The translations under genes were made by a program, and so were the position numbers. DNA of 64,000 bases from Octopus vulgaris (Eukaryota). Shown in pieces: positions 1 through 13,018 of this stretch. Every line of letters begins with the position of its first letter. Position 1 is the stretch's first letter. Where the stretch lies: contig OX597822.1 of NCBI GenBank assembly GCA_951406725.2, positions 91,760,001 through 91,824,000 of the forward strand, given 5' to 3'. Below the pieces are notes generated by a model, which did no database searches, was not told the DNA's origin, and worked only from the letters and a program-made list of their open reading frames with translations.

Positions 1-377
1 CTCTTTTACTTGTTTCAGTCATTTGACTGCAGCCATGCTGGAGCACCACCTTTAGTCAAGCAAATTGACCCCGGGACTTATTCTTTGTAAGCCCAGTACT
101 TATTCTATCGGTGTCTTTGGCCGAACCGCTAAGTGACGGCGACGTAAACACACCAGCATCGGTTGTCAAGCAATGCTAGGGGGACAAACACACAAACACA
201 CATATATATATACATATATACGACGGGCTTCTTTCAGTGTCCGTCTACCAAATCCACTCACAAGGCTTTGGTCGGCCCGAGGCTATAGTAGAAGACACTC
301 GCCCAATATGCCACGCAGTGAGACTGAACCCGGAACCATGTGGTTGGTAAGCAAGCTACTTACCACACAGCCACTCC
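1..377 (-). mobile_element. tRNA-derived SINE, family A (CORE-like)
   Basis: Minus strand begins GGAGTGGCTGTGTGGTAAG (A box), then GGTTCAGTCTC (B box) and GGGCGAGTGTCTTCTAC (CORE-like), with a GAGTAAAA-type tail. Near-identical copies at 40628, 43106, 60950 and 62425. Confidence 0.9.
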
Positions 378-1913
378 AAATATTGAAAGAAGTCATCAAA
401 TATTGAAAGCCTAAATGTCGTAACACTAAAACTGGTCTTGCAGTGTTCATTCGATTATGTTTTCTTGTCATAAGACATAAATTATTTGATCTGTTTTGTT
501 TATTATATAGAGCAATGCTATTTAATGTTTTGGCTGCAACATTTTATGCCAATGTATCCTCTGTCTGAAAAGTCTGGCTGCATACACGTTAGCATACGTC
601 AGGCACATACAATTGACAACACAGTTAATTAAGATTTATTCAGTGAGTTCTATTCAACACATGTTTACACGTGGAATTATCAGAATCATTATTAACTTTA
701 GATGGCTCGCAGGCGAGGTGAACAAATTAGTGAGAGAGATAGATAGAATGGCAATACTTCTACGCTACCAGCAGTCTTGGGAAGAGCTGTCTGAGCGGAA
801 AATTCGTGGATGTATTCAACATCAAACTCGTGTTCAGCGTCAAATAGTTGACTGTCATGGTGGTAACAGATTCGTGTAATAAATTTTGTGTTTTTTTTTG
901 TTTCATGATATATATTTTTTCGGATGCAGCCAGACTTTTCACACAGTATCTTTTTCAGTATCTTTTGTTCCTCAAATATTCTGAACAAAATAAAAGTTTT
1001 ATCAAAAAGAAAAGATCAGTCATTACAATAATCACATAAATAAATCATATTTTTGCAGCATCCTTTCATCACTGACTTATTTCAAACTATTTTGGATAAA
1101 AAAAAATTACATCATGAATAATTTTATACAATGAAAAATAGAACACCTTATTCTATAAGTCGTAAAACCTCACTAGTTCATCAGGGTTTATTTTATCTTT
1201 TGCCCCTTGAAGAAGATAAAATAAGTGCTAGCAGTATATTGGAGTTGATTCAGTCACCTATTCTTTTATTCAACCATTTGTATGAAATTAAAAATTCATT
1301 CCTATTAAACATACATTTAAAAGTTCATACTGTGCTCTAAGTACTATTGAATTGAATCTCAAAGCAAAATAACCCCAGTTTATCCAAGAAAACAGATTCT
1401 ATTTTCATGGTGGAGTAGTTAGCAGTAGGCTGGGCATCAACCCATTATAAGATTGATAAAAAAAAATATGTAGTATGAAAATGTGCTGATTTGCATGTGT
1501 TGAGGGGTGGATATAAATTAAAAACTTTATCCACACTGACATAGAAAATGGATAAAAAACAACTGTAACTATAAATTTTGAATACAACGTTTTGTAACTT
1601 CTTGATCTATATCAATAATGATTTGTAATATTGGTATTTTCAGGGAAAGGATAGATTTAACTGAATTGACTCCTGCACATAACTTTTGGATTAAGAAAGA
1701 CAAAGGCAACAATAACAACATTTGATGTAACTAAATATGGAAATGATAAATGTTTCAACATAATTCATAGGGTAGCATATGTACATGACTGAATCATGTA
1801 TGAACATAGAGGTTTAACCAGAGATCATGTGGTTAAACTTCTAAGTTAGTAAGAAAGTAATCAATAATATATTCAGTTGAACTAGCCTACCTCTTCATAT
1901 CGTGTAGTTTTTC

Positions 1914-2141
1914 GGCGAGCTGGCAGAGACATTAGCATGCCGGGCGAAATACTTAGCAGTATTTCGTCTGCTGTTACGTTCTGAGTTCAAATTCCGCCGA
2001 AGTCGACTTTGCCTTTCATCCTTTCGGGGTCGATAAATTAAGTACCAGTTACGCACTGGGGTCGATATAATCAACTTAATCCATTTGTCTGTCCTTGTTT
2101 GTCTCTTCTGTGTTTAATCCCTTGTGGGTAATAAAGAAATA
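1914..2141 (+). mobile_element. tRNA-derived SINE, family B
   Basis: GGCGAGCTGGCAGA head, GAGTTCAAATTCC B box, GCCTTTCATCCTTTCGGGGTCGATAAA central motif, AATAAAGAAATA end. Multiple copies in the window. Confidence 0.9.
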
Positions 2142-2251
2142 TGTTTTTGTTACCTTCATTGTAAATGTTATTTCACCATATGTAATCCTAGAATTTATAT
2201 ATCAAGTTAGCTCATTGTTACTGTACTTTTTTCACTGACTGACTACCTCAC

Positions 2252-2408
2252 CTATATAATTTATCAAAGATAAACCTACTTGTCAAAACCACTGCTACTG
2301 ACAAGGTAGGAAGATATGAAGTTAAGTGTTTTCTTTTTTCACTATTGTTTAACAACTTCATGTTGGACAGAATACAAGTTGACAAGTGTGAGAAGACTAG
2401 ACCAGAAA
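2252..2408 (-). CDS. Candidate internal coding exon of an unidentified host gene (VSGLVFSHLSTCILSNMKLLNNSEKRKHLTSYLPTLSVAVVLTSRFIFDKLYR)
   Basis: ttttttcag acceptor and AG|GTGAGG donor. 157 nt, open in phase 1 to phase 2, in non-repetitive sequence. Confidence 0.5.
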
Positions 2409-2599
2409 CTGAAAAAATCATTTGGTTCATCAACTCTTTTTCTCTCTATCTCTCTCTTTCTTTCTCTCATTCACAAATTCAACAAAAACCATTAAATGAA
2501 TTAAAAAATAAAAACAAGAACCTTGACCAGCAAATACAAATTAAAAACAAAATATACATACACAATTTTTCATGAAATAATTTTTTTTACTTGTTAGAA

Positions 2600-4030
2600 A
2601 AGTCCAGTGTTGTAGAGGAGGATGGCACAGGAAAAATAAAGCTCGTCTTCTGAAAGGTATATATAGTGTAAAACAAAACAGCTTCAACTTGGAATCAAAA
2701 TTACTTTGCAGATCTAACTTATTATACACCTCTTATGAGGAAGAAGAAAGGCAAAATGTACATTTGGTGCAATGTAGTCAACAGGGACAGTGCTTGAGAT
2801 GGGAGGAATATGTGATCAGCCGCAGAATATCATGGAAGGAACTTTGGGCTTGGGAACAAGCAAGAACATCCTTCCTTTGACATTCTACCTTCACCGGTGA
2901 ACTTAGTCCAGTGGAACATAAAAACAACCGATGAGTGTAGGTGTGAAGAAAAAGCAACGGTTAGACATGTTCTGTCAAACTGCAGACTAGCACTAGAAAG
3001 GCATACATGGTGTCATAATCAAGTCCCCAGCATCATAAGTGCAACACTCAAGGAGAAGATCAAGAGGTACAATATGGGAGAGCACCCAAAAGTGGAAAAG
3101 CGCAGGAAAGTATACTTCCAGAAGGAGGGAAAAAGATATAAAACCAGGCCTACAAATAAAATATACGAGATAGATGAAAGATGGAAGGGATACTGGGAGC
3201 TGGCCACGGATTTGGAAAGACTAGTAATATTTCGATTAATAAGAACGACAAAAAGACCAGATTTAGTCCTATGGGACAGAGAACGGAGAATAGGAATTTT
3301 GCTAGAACAGACAGTGCCATGGGAAGAGAACATCGGCAGAGAAACAAAAGAAGAGGTACGAAAAACTAATTGAAGAGTGCAGAGAACAGGGATGGAATGT
3401 CGAATATTACCACCTGGCAGTGGGGGCTAGGAGCTTTATTGAAAGAAAAATGACAATGCTATTCAAAAGAAGGTTTGTTTTTTCTAGCTCGGAGCTGAGA
3501 AAACTAATAAGGAGACTACAGGAGGCAGTCAAAAAAGTCAGCTTCTATATATGGCTGAAGCGGGAAGACCAAAAAAGGCTTGAAAGTCATAACATGCCGG
3601 CAGGAAAATAACATTACAAGGTGAGACAAGCTGACACTGAATTAGCTTTGCTGATTGACAGATGATGGTCATTTAGAGAATGCATGGGCTGAGACTACGT
3701 GCCTTCATTGGTCAGTTAAAGTTGAGACAGTGTCACGTGACAACTTGCTGGGGCTGCCTGCTGGAGCCTGTCAGCAGGTATTTAAAGGGAAAAAATTTGA
3801 CAAGTCAGTCAGTCGCCCACTGACACTCATTGACACTACATCGAAGAGGCCAGGGAACAGAAGAAAGAAGACATGCACCCAACACTAGAGCTGAAGACAC
3901 CTCCGAAAGGGGGAGGGCCCCCACCCTGTCAAAACGGTAGAGGAGTAGGGGCCGAAACCGGACGTGGTTCCTCCTGATGATGTCTTGAGCTAACTGGATC
4001 CTATAAAGAAGCTGTTGTGGTAGCAGACCA
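2600..4030 (+). mobile_element. HERO-like non-LTR retrotransposon 3' part (zinc knuckle, restriction-like endonuclease, 3' UTR), decayed
   Basis: ORF 2897-3373 has CRC..HVLSNC..RHTWCHNQV and RPDLVLW..LLEQTVPWEENI. A frameshifted continuation reads GWNVEYYHLAVGARSFI..KVSFYIWLKR. Confidence 0.8.
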
Positions 4031-4402
4031 TGAAATACGGTTGAAATTCCTACCATACAGTTAAAAAAAAAGAAAAAGAAATGAAAAATTGGTGGTAGGT
4101 AAAATTTTGAAGCAGGTTTCTGAGAAACCAACTCTCATGTCAAAGTTCATTATTCAAATTTCAATGACTCAAACAATAAAATCAATCAAACTTCTCTAAA
4201 ATTAGGCATAACATTAATAGATAACTGGTTAAATGTTTACTTAATCCCAATATCTTTTGATGAAAGATAATTATCATCACAGTAATTATCATATGATTAT
4301 ATATGATTGGGCAGAAACTCAACTTAGGGCTTTATAGAAAATACTGATATCATAATAACTGGTACCCTAAAAACGCTATTTTCAACTAGGTCTGTTTTTT
4401 TA

Positions 4403-5000
4403 TCTATCTATATCTATAAAGGAGAGTTTGTGTGTATGTTCATGTGTGTGTGTGTGTGTATGTTCCTCATGCATTCCAAAACTGAGTTGCCGATTTTGAC
4501 ATACAGGGTATCAAAAGATTCAGTAAGCTTTTGGCTACCAACTAAACTATATTTTCATTCACATATTTGCATTACAAAAATTTAACATTATCATTTTTCT
4601 TTTAGTCACCTATCATAAACAACATCTTTTACCACCACCACAACGATAATGATGTCGTATTTCCAATATAAGTGTGTTCGCACATTCGTTATATACATTA
4701 GGCCAATGACTGACAAATATATGTGTGTGATGGTGTTTGTGTCTGTCAGTATACATACATTTTTGTGACTGACACATGCACACACACATCTAAAGACACA
4801 GACAGACACGCACAGGGACAGAGATAAGCTTGAGGTGTGCGTTAATGTATGTCTGTGTGTGTGTCTTAGTATATGTATGTGACTTTATCCCCCTCCCCAC
4901 CCATCCATCCACCCAACAGTGAAATGTGCTGATATTGAAAGCTACAACGACCAGGTTTCATTAGAAAGGGAAAATAGTTTCACACTTTCAATTTGAATCA
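4403..5000 (+). mobile_element. Probable non-autonomous Helitron 5' end
   Basis: TCTATATCTATAAAGGAGAG..(TG)n..CCGATTTT start pattern typical of invertebrate Helitron 5' termini. The 3' end was not identified. Confidence 0.4.
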
Positions 5001-5281
5001 AAATTACAGTGTTTGATTATGAGACTGACGATGTGTAAATAATGAAAGTAATGTTTCTCCGAATTAGTTACATCTGTATTATAATAAAGAAAGTTGCTTA
5101 GGCGATCTTTCACTTTGACTTGCAGAGCTGTCATCTGCATTCATTAATTTCTGTAAAAATTTTTTATTCATTTACTTTTGTCTTAAAGTGAAAGAGACCT
5201 CCACACACATAGTATGGATTAGGTCTTGATCTTCATTTTTATTTTTATTTATTTGTTACAGGTCGACACGCATACATGTGA

Positions 5282-5650
5282 GAGTAATCCTTTTGAATGT
5301 GAAGATGCAGGCTGGAAAGCGGAACATTTTCCAATCGAAGTCGGATGTAGAGGGTTCGTTGGACACAGTGTGAGACGACTGTTGTTATCTCTAGGCCTAA
5401 CTCATCGTAAAATCAATACCACCATGACCGACATCCAATCTACAGTGGAGAAGGCTAGCCACTGAATTTGGTTAAAAAGAGATGAGCGATGGCTAGAAGG
5501 ATATTGAGCTAATTTAATAACCAGCTGATCTAGCAAGCGGGGCCTCATATCAGTGAGGGGGACCGGTGCGCATTAATGCCGTCGAGAGGCTTCCGGTATA
5601 CGGAGCTTTTGACTGGTAGCACTTGCACGTGCAAGTTGTTTGCAAGACAT
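5282..5650 (+). mobile_element. HERO-like RLE C-terminus and 3' UTR fragment (second subfamily)
   Basis: CEDAGWKAEHFPIEVGCRGFVG..VEKASH*IWLKR, followed by a GC-rich structured UTR. Confidence 0.75.
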
Positions 5651-5654
5651 CATC

Positions 5655-6651
5655 ATGTCACAGATAAATAATTCTCTGACATTCCTCTGCCACTGCCTGC
5701 AGAGTCAAAATCTGTTCTAATTTTGTCAATAACTGAGCGTTTATCTTTGCATCTTTGCTTGCAGTTAAACCTTGGACAAAAAGTTGATATTTGAACATGT
5801 CCGGTGTTTAATTCTTTTAGTTTGAATTTTTCACATTCTCGATTGACGACTCCAGTAGAGGTGATGAAATCTTCATCGTCTTTTTTTACTAAATTCAAAC
5901 ACTCCCATGGAACTTCTCTCATTGAAAATTTTTGATAACAATTTAATTGTTTCATCGAAACAAATTTCACATGTTTTTTTCGGCAGAATGTAGTTGGAGT
6001 ATTTTTCATGTTCGGCAAGTGATAATGTTCTTAAAAGTAATCGTACTTTTTCATCGTCTGTCCAATTTTTGCATTCCTCTTTGAAGATTTATTCATATCC
6101 TCAGAAATATGCAGAAAATGTAAAACCTTCTTCTGGGTTATAGCTAAATTCTGCAATTCCATTTGCCACACTGTCTGGCGAGAACGAACCTGAAGTATTT
6201 TTGGACTTCAACATAAATTCCAGCAACTGTTGTTATTGTTGTAATTGCTAATGTAACTGTTGTTTCTGTTGCTGTTGCAACTGCACCATGGAGGCTAATA
6301 GGTCTTCTATGTTAACTAATATTTCTTTGATTTTGTATCCAAAGAAAATGTTGATATCAGATGCAGGCTTCGAATAAACTTGTCACCACTTTTATATCCT
6401 TCTATACATTGGATATACAGATTTCATGAAGCAGAGATAGACACAACTGTCTTCACATTATGTACTTCAAAATACTCCACTAAACATGATACTCCAATAA
6501 TTACAAACTCACAACAACTTCCTAAGATCTCCACGAACTCTCAACGACTCCTACAACTTTCTCTCATTTCAACCAATGTGCTACTCTTATAAGAGTTCAG
6601 CTAGTCTGTTCTTCCAATTCCGCAGGGGCGTCAATGACTTTCACTACAACA
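5655..6651 (-). mobile_element. Ty3/gypsy LTR retrotransposon 5' part (LTR, PBS, K02A2.6-like gag), truncated
   Basis: Minus strand: TGTTG start at 6651, PBS-like TGGTGACAAG near 6380-6389, gag DSVANGIAEFSYNPEEGFTF..VVNRECEKFKLKEL. Homologous to the gag at 27557. Confidence 0.75.
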
Positions 6652-6791
6652 ACTAGTACCAAAAGGATGAAAAGCAGAGTGGTATTTGAATTTAGAACGT
6701 AATGAGTTGGAAGAAATGTCATTAAGCATTTTGTCTAATGCATTAATCAACCTGTTAAGTCACTGTCTTGGTGACAATAATAATAATAATA

Positions 6792-6822
<31 letters not shown>

Positions 6823-6850
6823 CAATAACAACAACAACAACAACAACAAC

Positions 6851-7066
6851 AATCCTTTCTATTATAGGCACAAGGCCCGAAATTTGTGGTAGCAATTTTG
6901 GGGAAGGGATTAAGTTGATTACACCGACCCCAGTGCATAACTGGTACTTAATTTATCACTCCCAAAAGTTGACTTCAGCAGAATTTGAACTTAGAATGTA
7001 GCGGTAGATGAAATACAACTAGGCATTTCACTCAGCATGCTAATGATTCTGCCAGCTCGCCACCTT
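6851..7066 (-). mobile_element. SINE family B variant with (ATT/ATC/GTT)n tail
   Basis: GGCGAGCTGGCAGAATCATTAGC head on minus strand, 3' end TGTGCCTATAATAGAAAGG, microsatellite at 6775-6850. Confidence 0.8.
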
Positions 7067-7074
7067 AATAATAA

Positions 7075-9045
7075 TTTGGCTCAAGTGGTTTAAGTCCATA
7101 CACAAGAGAATTGCATTGCAATTAGGCGATTGCCTACAGAGTGTTACAGTTCTGGAGTGGATGGTAGAGGGAAGAACAACATTGTTGATGAAAGATTGGT
7201 CAAAGGGCAATGAGATTGGCAATTACCGACCCATTGCTTGTCTTAGCCACCTACGATAAGTATTAACAGGTACTTTCACAGGGAAAATATATACATTCCT
7301 TGCAGAAAACAATCTTCCGCCAGTAGAACAAAAAGGATGCCGAAAAGGATCCATGAATATCAAGGACCACCTTGTGATAGACAAGGTTATAATAAAGAAC
7401 TGTAAACGCTATAAAAAAAAACTTATGCATTGGCCTGGATAGACTTCATAAAGGCTTATGACATGTTACCACATTTGTAGATTTTGAAACACTTGACACG
7501 TGTGGAATAGCTGAGAATGCTGTGCACTGATTAAGAACAGTATGTCTAGTTGGAAAACGCATCTTTCCTGTAACAACCAGCACTTAGCCGAGGTAACAAT
7601 CAAAAGAGGTATTTCCAAGGAGACTCTTGTTCACCTCTATTATTTGTTATAGCCTTGATCCCACTTTCTGTAGTCCTACGTAAAATCAACGTGCACTATG
7701 AGCTGAAAAAGAACAGACCTTGTCTCAACCACCTTCTCTTCATGGATGATTTAAAACTGTTCACAAAAACAGAGCCTGAAGTGGAGAGGCTGGTTGAGAC
7801 TGTGCAAATGTGCAGCAAGGATATAGGGATCAAAGGGTACAGTTGCAACAGCAACAGAAACAACAGTTACAGCAGCAATTACAACAACAACAATACCAAC
7901 AGTTGCTGGAAAAGAGTTAATTTGTAGGGGCATAGAATTGCCAAACAGAGAGAGAATGGAAGATCTGAATGATGATGGGTACAAGTACCTTGGGATCCTG
8001 AAGCTGGACAATATCATATCTTGTACAGAGAAATGAAAGACAAGGTCATGACTGCATATTTCAAGCAGCTCAAACTTCCCTTGAAATCAAAGCTCAACTC
8101 AAAGAACCTTGTGACTGCCATCAACATATGGGTGGTTGCTGTAGTCCATTATAGTGCACTCATCTTGAGATGGACACAAGTGGAGATTGACCAACTCGAT
8201 TGCACTACCCAAAAGACAATGACAATGCATGGTACCCTCCACCCTAAGACAAATGTACACAGGGTCTACATAAAGAGAGGTAAGGGTGGACGTGGGCTGA
8301 TTAGCATACAGGAGTGCATCAACAGTGAAAGAAAAAAACATGGAAAAATATTTAGTAAACAGTAAAGAAGACCTGCGACAGTATGCTGCCAGTGCAGAAG
8401 GAATTAACAAAAATGGACTTGAGAGTTCTCATGAATTCCGAACAAGAACAGCCAACAAGAGAGAAGAACCCTATTCTGTATGGAATTACAAAGTCAGTTC
8501 CACTGTAAAACTAACAAATTAAAAGACCAGGAAGCATCATGGAGGTGGCTCATCAAGGGTGACCTAAAAAAGGTAATGGACGAAAAGGGGAAGGCAAAAA
8601 TCCTCTGGGACTTTGATTTCCAGACAGACAAAGTGTTTGAGCACTGAAGGCCAGATATAGTAACCTTTAGGAGGGTCAAACAAGAGTGCCTAATAATCGA
8701 TGTAGCAGAGAAAAAGTTGATAAATATGGAGATCTGAGAATTGAGATCACTAACATGTGGCAGCTATGAGAGTCGAACATAAGGGTTATCCCTATTGTCA
8801 TCAGAGCTTGGGTTCAATACCACCCAATCTGAAAAAACATCTGAAAACCTTAGAAATACCCTACAATCTAGATGTATTTCAAAATTCAGCATTACTTGGA
8901 ACTGCACACGTTGCGTAAAGTACTGTCTATCTGAGGTCCTCGTTGGGACTTGACAAACAGTACAATATCTTCAATCAACAACCTCATGATATTGTATACT
9001 GTGCGATGTCTATAATGATAATAATAACAACAACAACAATAATAA
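7075..9045 (+). mobile_element. R4/Dong-clade non-LTR retrotransposon (RT and RLE), decayed
   Basis: GNYRPIACL, EQKGCRKG, KAYD, SPLLFVIALIPLS, HLLFMDDLKLF, YKYLGI, RGKGGRGLISI, KILWDFDFQTD..RPDIV, with an (AAT/AAC)n tail. Confidence 0.88.
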
Positions 9046-9120
9046 TGCAATCCATGAAGACCTGAAACAAAGACTGTAGACTAGAAGAATTAAGAGATAA
9101 GATTAAAGAATTCAACAATA

Positions 9121-9265
9121 TACAAGAGTCAACTAAAAATGTTCACAGGCTAGCCAAGATACTCTTATGGAATATGACCAAATAAGGTTTATTTTTCAAC
9201 ACTGTCCTTTTTGTGGTCCACATACTTCTTCCATCACTCTTGCAGTACTTGTATCCCATTGGTGA
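9121..9265. mobile_element. Mariner-like terminal fragment
   Basis: TACAAG..AAAATGTTCACAGGCT TIR-like start followed by an antisense transposase 3'-end-like sequence. Confidence 0.45.
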
Positions 9266-9289
9266 ACAAGCTTCCTAGATGTTACTCAT

Positions 9290-10205
9290 AAGAGAAATAC
9301 TGAATGGTTGAGGGAATTAAGATTGGAGAAAAACAAAGTGAAACAACAATATAATGATAACTGAAATGTTGACCAAACAGACAACAAAGGTTTCAAACTG
9401 GAAATGTCCTGGCCCAGATGGAGTACGAGGGTACTGACTGAAAAATTTCCCAGCATTACATGAAAGAATAGCTATGCAAATGGATGAAATGATCAACAGT
9501 GACATGAAAATCCTGATGTGGATGACCACAGGGAAAACAGTTCTTTGCCAAAAGGACCCCAGTAAAGGTAATCATCATCATCATCGTTTAACATCCGTTT
9601 TCCATGCTAGCATGGGTTGGACAGTTCAACTGGGGTCTGGGAAGCCAGGAGACTGCGCCAGGCCCAGTCTGATCTGGCAGTGTTTCTACAGCTGGATGCC
9701 CTTCCTAACGCCAACCACTCCGTGAGTGTTAGTGGGTGCTTTTTATGTGCCACCTGCACAGGTGCCAGACGAGGCTGGCAAATGGCCACGATCGGATGGT
9801 GCTTTTTACGTTCCACCGGCATGGGGGCCAGATGAGGCTGGCAATGGCCACAATTGGATGGTGCTGTTTACGTGCCACCGGCACAGAGGCCAGTCGGGGT
9901 GGCGCTGGCAACAGCCACGTTCAGATGGTTCTCTTACATGCCACCGGCACTGGTATCACAGCTACAATTTCCATTGTTGTTGTTGTTGTTGTTTGGCCAA
10001 TCTCCTGCCTACCCTTGATGTGGAAGTTGATGACAAGAATAATATCTAATTGTGTGTATGACTTCCTTGAAATGAATGACAAGCTGCCAGTGGAACAGCA
10101 GGAACGCAGGAGGAAAAGTCAAGGGACAAAAGATTAACTTCTGATAGATAAAATGGACAGTTGTAAGAAAAGATATACTAATCTGAGTATGGTGTGGATC
10201 GATTT
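9290..10205 (+). mobile_element. R4-clade RT N-terminal fragment interrupted by an RTE 3' piece
   Basis: NWKCPGPDGVRGY..WMTTGKTVLCQKDPSKGN before the insertion, and PISCLPLMWKLMT..LPVEQQERRRKSQGTKD after it. Confidence 0.75.
9572..9975 (-). mobile_element. 5'-truncated RTE 3' UTR copy or RTE-derived SINE with (GAT)n tail
   Basis: Shares the GGATGCCCTTCCTAAC..AACCACT block and (GAT)n tail with the long RTE at 17152. Contains internal ~55-bp repeats. Confidence 0.8.
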
Positions 10206-10239
10206 AAAAGGTTCTACTCTGGACGAAGTACCACAGCTG

Positions 10240-10588
10240 CATAGTATTTAACCGTTCATATACATTACTTATTTTATTTTAATAATGTTGGAAATACAAG
10301 CAGAAATCCACAGTAGGAGCACACAAATCATCCTATCTTTAAGGTAATTCAGGTAATAAAACCAGTTCACATATTTCTTTTGCTTTCTCGTTTTTATAAT
10401 TGTAATTTTACTTATAACTACACCTTTTATGTTTTAGAACCAATAAAAAATTATTTTTGAATGGTTTTTAGGAGCTGGAATGGATTAATTATATTTTAGT
10501 TAATTTCAATGGGGAAAATTGATTTGTAAAACAAGTAAATCATAAGACAAGCTCTGTCATGGAATGAATTAATCTGTGAGGTATCACT

Positions 10589-10591
<3 letters not shown>
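10240..10591 (+). mobile_element. Tigger-like DNA transposon right end
   Basis: Ends GAGGTATCACTG|TA, the reverse complement of a CAGTGATACCTC TIR plus TA. Confidence 0.55.
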
Positions 10592-10620
<29 letters not shown>

Positions 10621-10635
10621 TATAATAATAATAAT

Positions 10636-10673
<38 letters not shown>

Positions 10674-10679
10674 TAATAA

Positions 10680-10895
10680 TGGTTTCAAATTTTGCCACAA
10701 GGGCAGTAATTTTGGGGAAGGGGTTAAGTCAATTACATCTACCCCAGTGCACAACTGGTATTTATATTATCGACCCCAAAAGGACAAAAGGCAAAGTCAA
10801 CCTTGGCAGAAACTGAAGTCAGAATGCAGCAGCAGATGAAATACTACTAAGCATTTCACCCAGTGTGCTAATGATTCTGCCAGCTCGCTGCCTTT
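10680..10895 (-). mobile_element. SINE family B variant with (ATT)n tail
   Basis: Same head and central motif as 6851-7066. Confidence 0.8.
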
Positions 10896-11773
10896 TTAAT
10901 AATAACAATCTTACTATAATGGGCATTATGTCCATCTGTCTGTCTCTTAATCTGTTCCCTCTTCGCAGTTATGATATTTTGGGGGATTACAAAGATGGTC
11001 GCCTAGAAGGTTTTTAGCATTAAAAAATCAGAATGGATGGTTATTTCATGGATATTGATTTTTCAATTGATAAATCATCTTCGCATTTTTATTAAAATTC
11101 AGCGACCACGAGTAACTCTGAATTTTCATCATATAATTTGTGGCCCCATTGTAGATACAAAGGGGGTCGTGACAACAGTTAATAGTGAAAATGGAATGGA
11201 AAAAGTGTGTGTCAGTATGTTGTGTGTGTGATTACTTAGTGGTTATTGAAGCAGGATTTGAAACGGCTAATCAAAGCAGCTGCTGTTTACATCTCAGCTT
11301 TGTCAATCAAAATAATCAATGGTATCAGAACATCCAGACATTATTCACAGTGTGAGGTAAGTCTTAGTTTGATTTTTTGCAACTCATGCATTCACAGCAA
11401 ACAAGGCATAGGGCCAGACTTTAGATCATGTAGATGTATTTTTACTCATTCTGATGTTTACACATGGCCAGTTATACATTGCTATGAGTAGAGCAATGGA
11501 CTCCAGTAATTGGAAAATTAGTGTTGACCAAACAGAAAATATTATCTATAAAAATAAGGAAATTTGTGAACTTTGAATGTATAAGAGTATAAACAAACGT
11601 AAAATAGTGTAAACAACTAAAATAAAGGTATATCTAAATAGGTATGTACATGTATATGTGTATATATGCATATATATATATATATGTATTTATATATATA
11701 TATCATGGTTGCCATGATAGATCGGTAGCCACTACACACATTTTTTTTTCTATCCTTGTTTTTTTCTGTGTCC

Positions 11774-11809
11774 CTTTCTGTAGAAGAGCGTAGGCTTGAA
11801 ACGTAAAAG
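11774..11809 (+). ncRNA. Minimal type I hammerhead ribozyme variant in a short element next to (TA)n (element ~11703-11832)
   Basis: cttt CTGTAGA a gagc-gtag-gctt GAAA cg TA aaag. Stem I cttt/aaag and palindromic ACGT stem III. The core deviates from CUGANGA. Confidence 0.6.
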
Positions 11810-12533
11810 ACTTTTTTCTATTCCTGAGCGTTATTATTATTATTATAAAATTCTACTGAAAATATATGTATTTTACTACATTTGTTATTTTTTGCCCTTA
11901 GTGTATAAATTATCTCAAAGGTGATTTGATATTTTAACCTATTAGATGTTTTGCAACATATCAGTAGCGTTGTCAGGCTGGAATGTCTGCTGAGTGGTAG
12001 TCACTTATTACCACCTATTGTTTGATCAGTTACCTTTGTGTCTGATTAGAAATGACTAGAACCTCTGTCAAAATCTTATATTTTCCCTATTGTCTGTCTT
12101 CAACAAAGTTTGTGGATTTTACAACAGTTTTGTGAGTTTAGATGAATTTCTTTAATGAATTCTTTCCCAGTCTATCAGTTGTGAATAAGACCTTGGCAAC
12201 CTTAAGTTCAGTGTAGCATAATAGCAAGGAAGAGGAGCCAAGATGATAAGTTACTCAACCACTATTTTCAATATACTTAAACATTGCAGCATTTCACAGT
12301 TCTGTTTGCAAAGAACTAATAAACTGGTATACTACCCCTTTATATCATCAATACACACACACCACACATACACATGATCACATGAAGGTCCTACCTAAGT
12401 TCACTCAGAAGATGTCACTCAACCATTGGTTATGAGTGCATCCAGATTATTTTCTCAATAAGGAAACTATTGATTGATTAAAATTATCATACTTGTCACA
12501 TTAAGAATGTCAGCATTTACTTTATTAACTACT

Positions 12534-12568
<35 letters not shown>

Positions 12569-12807
12569 ACACAATGAATAAAGAAACATCATCAATGATT
12601 TATTTAGCTTACATGTGTTTCGAATAGTTTAGCATATTACAATGTGCATATTTAATCAATCCTTCATTTGATTGATTAACTAGCCAGAACTACAGAACTG
12701 CTGATTTCCAGACTATTCACCTCAAAGTTAACATGTTTCTGCTAAGTTTTGTATACACAGAGATAATTTGGAAGGGGATTGACAAGTTGTACATATATAT
12801 ATATATA

Positions 12808-13018
12808 TGAAGTTAATCCAAACATGAAAACACAAAGAGAAAACACAACGCGAGGACGTGGAACAAGTATAGTATTATTGGACACTCAGGAAAGAAGGAA
12901 AGAAGGAGGGTTTAATGTTTCAAGCGGAGCTCTTCGTCAGAAACTTAGTAAAAGGAAAGATCCAAAGAAGGGAAGATGGAGGAAAAAAATCGCCAATGGT
13001 ACACACATGGTCACATTT
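12808..13018 (-). mobile_element. ~205-bp hammerhead-containing short element (solo Penelope pLTR or retrozyme-like) in (TA)n
   Basis: Second copy at 59730-59932. Minus strand 12910-12944 reads gttt CTGACGA a gagc-tcc-gctt GAAA ca TT aaac. Confidence 0.7.

Noticed and set aside
600-930. CpG-retaining segment with ORF 613-879
   Set aside because: No recognisable motif or splice structure. Probably an unclassified repeat.
9720-9960. CRISPR-like repeat-spacer array
   Set aside because: The whole ~55-bp units are homologous with no unique spacers, lie in an RTE 3' UTR, and the context is eukaryotic with no cas genes.
12600-12730. Additional hammerhead on the minus strand (GAATAG..CTATTC GAAA cacatg TA)
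   Set aside because: Stem II and GAAA are present, but the CTGANGA core is too degraded to support a call.
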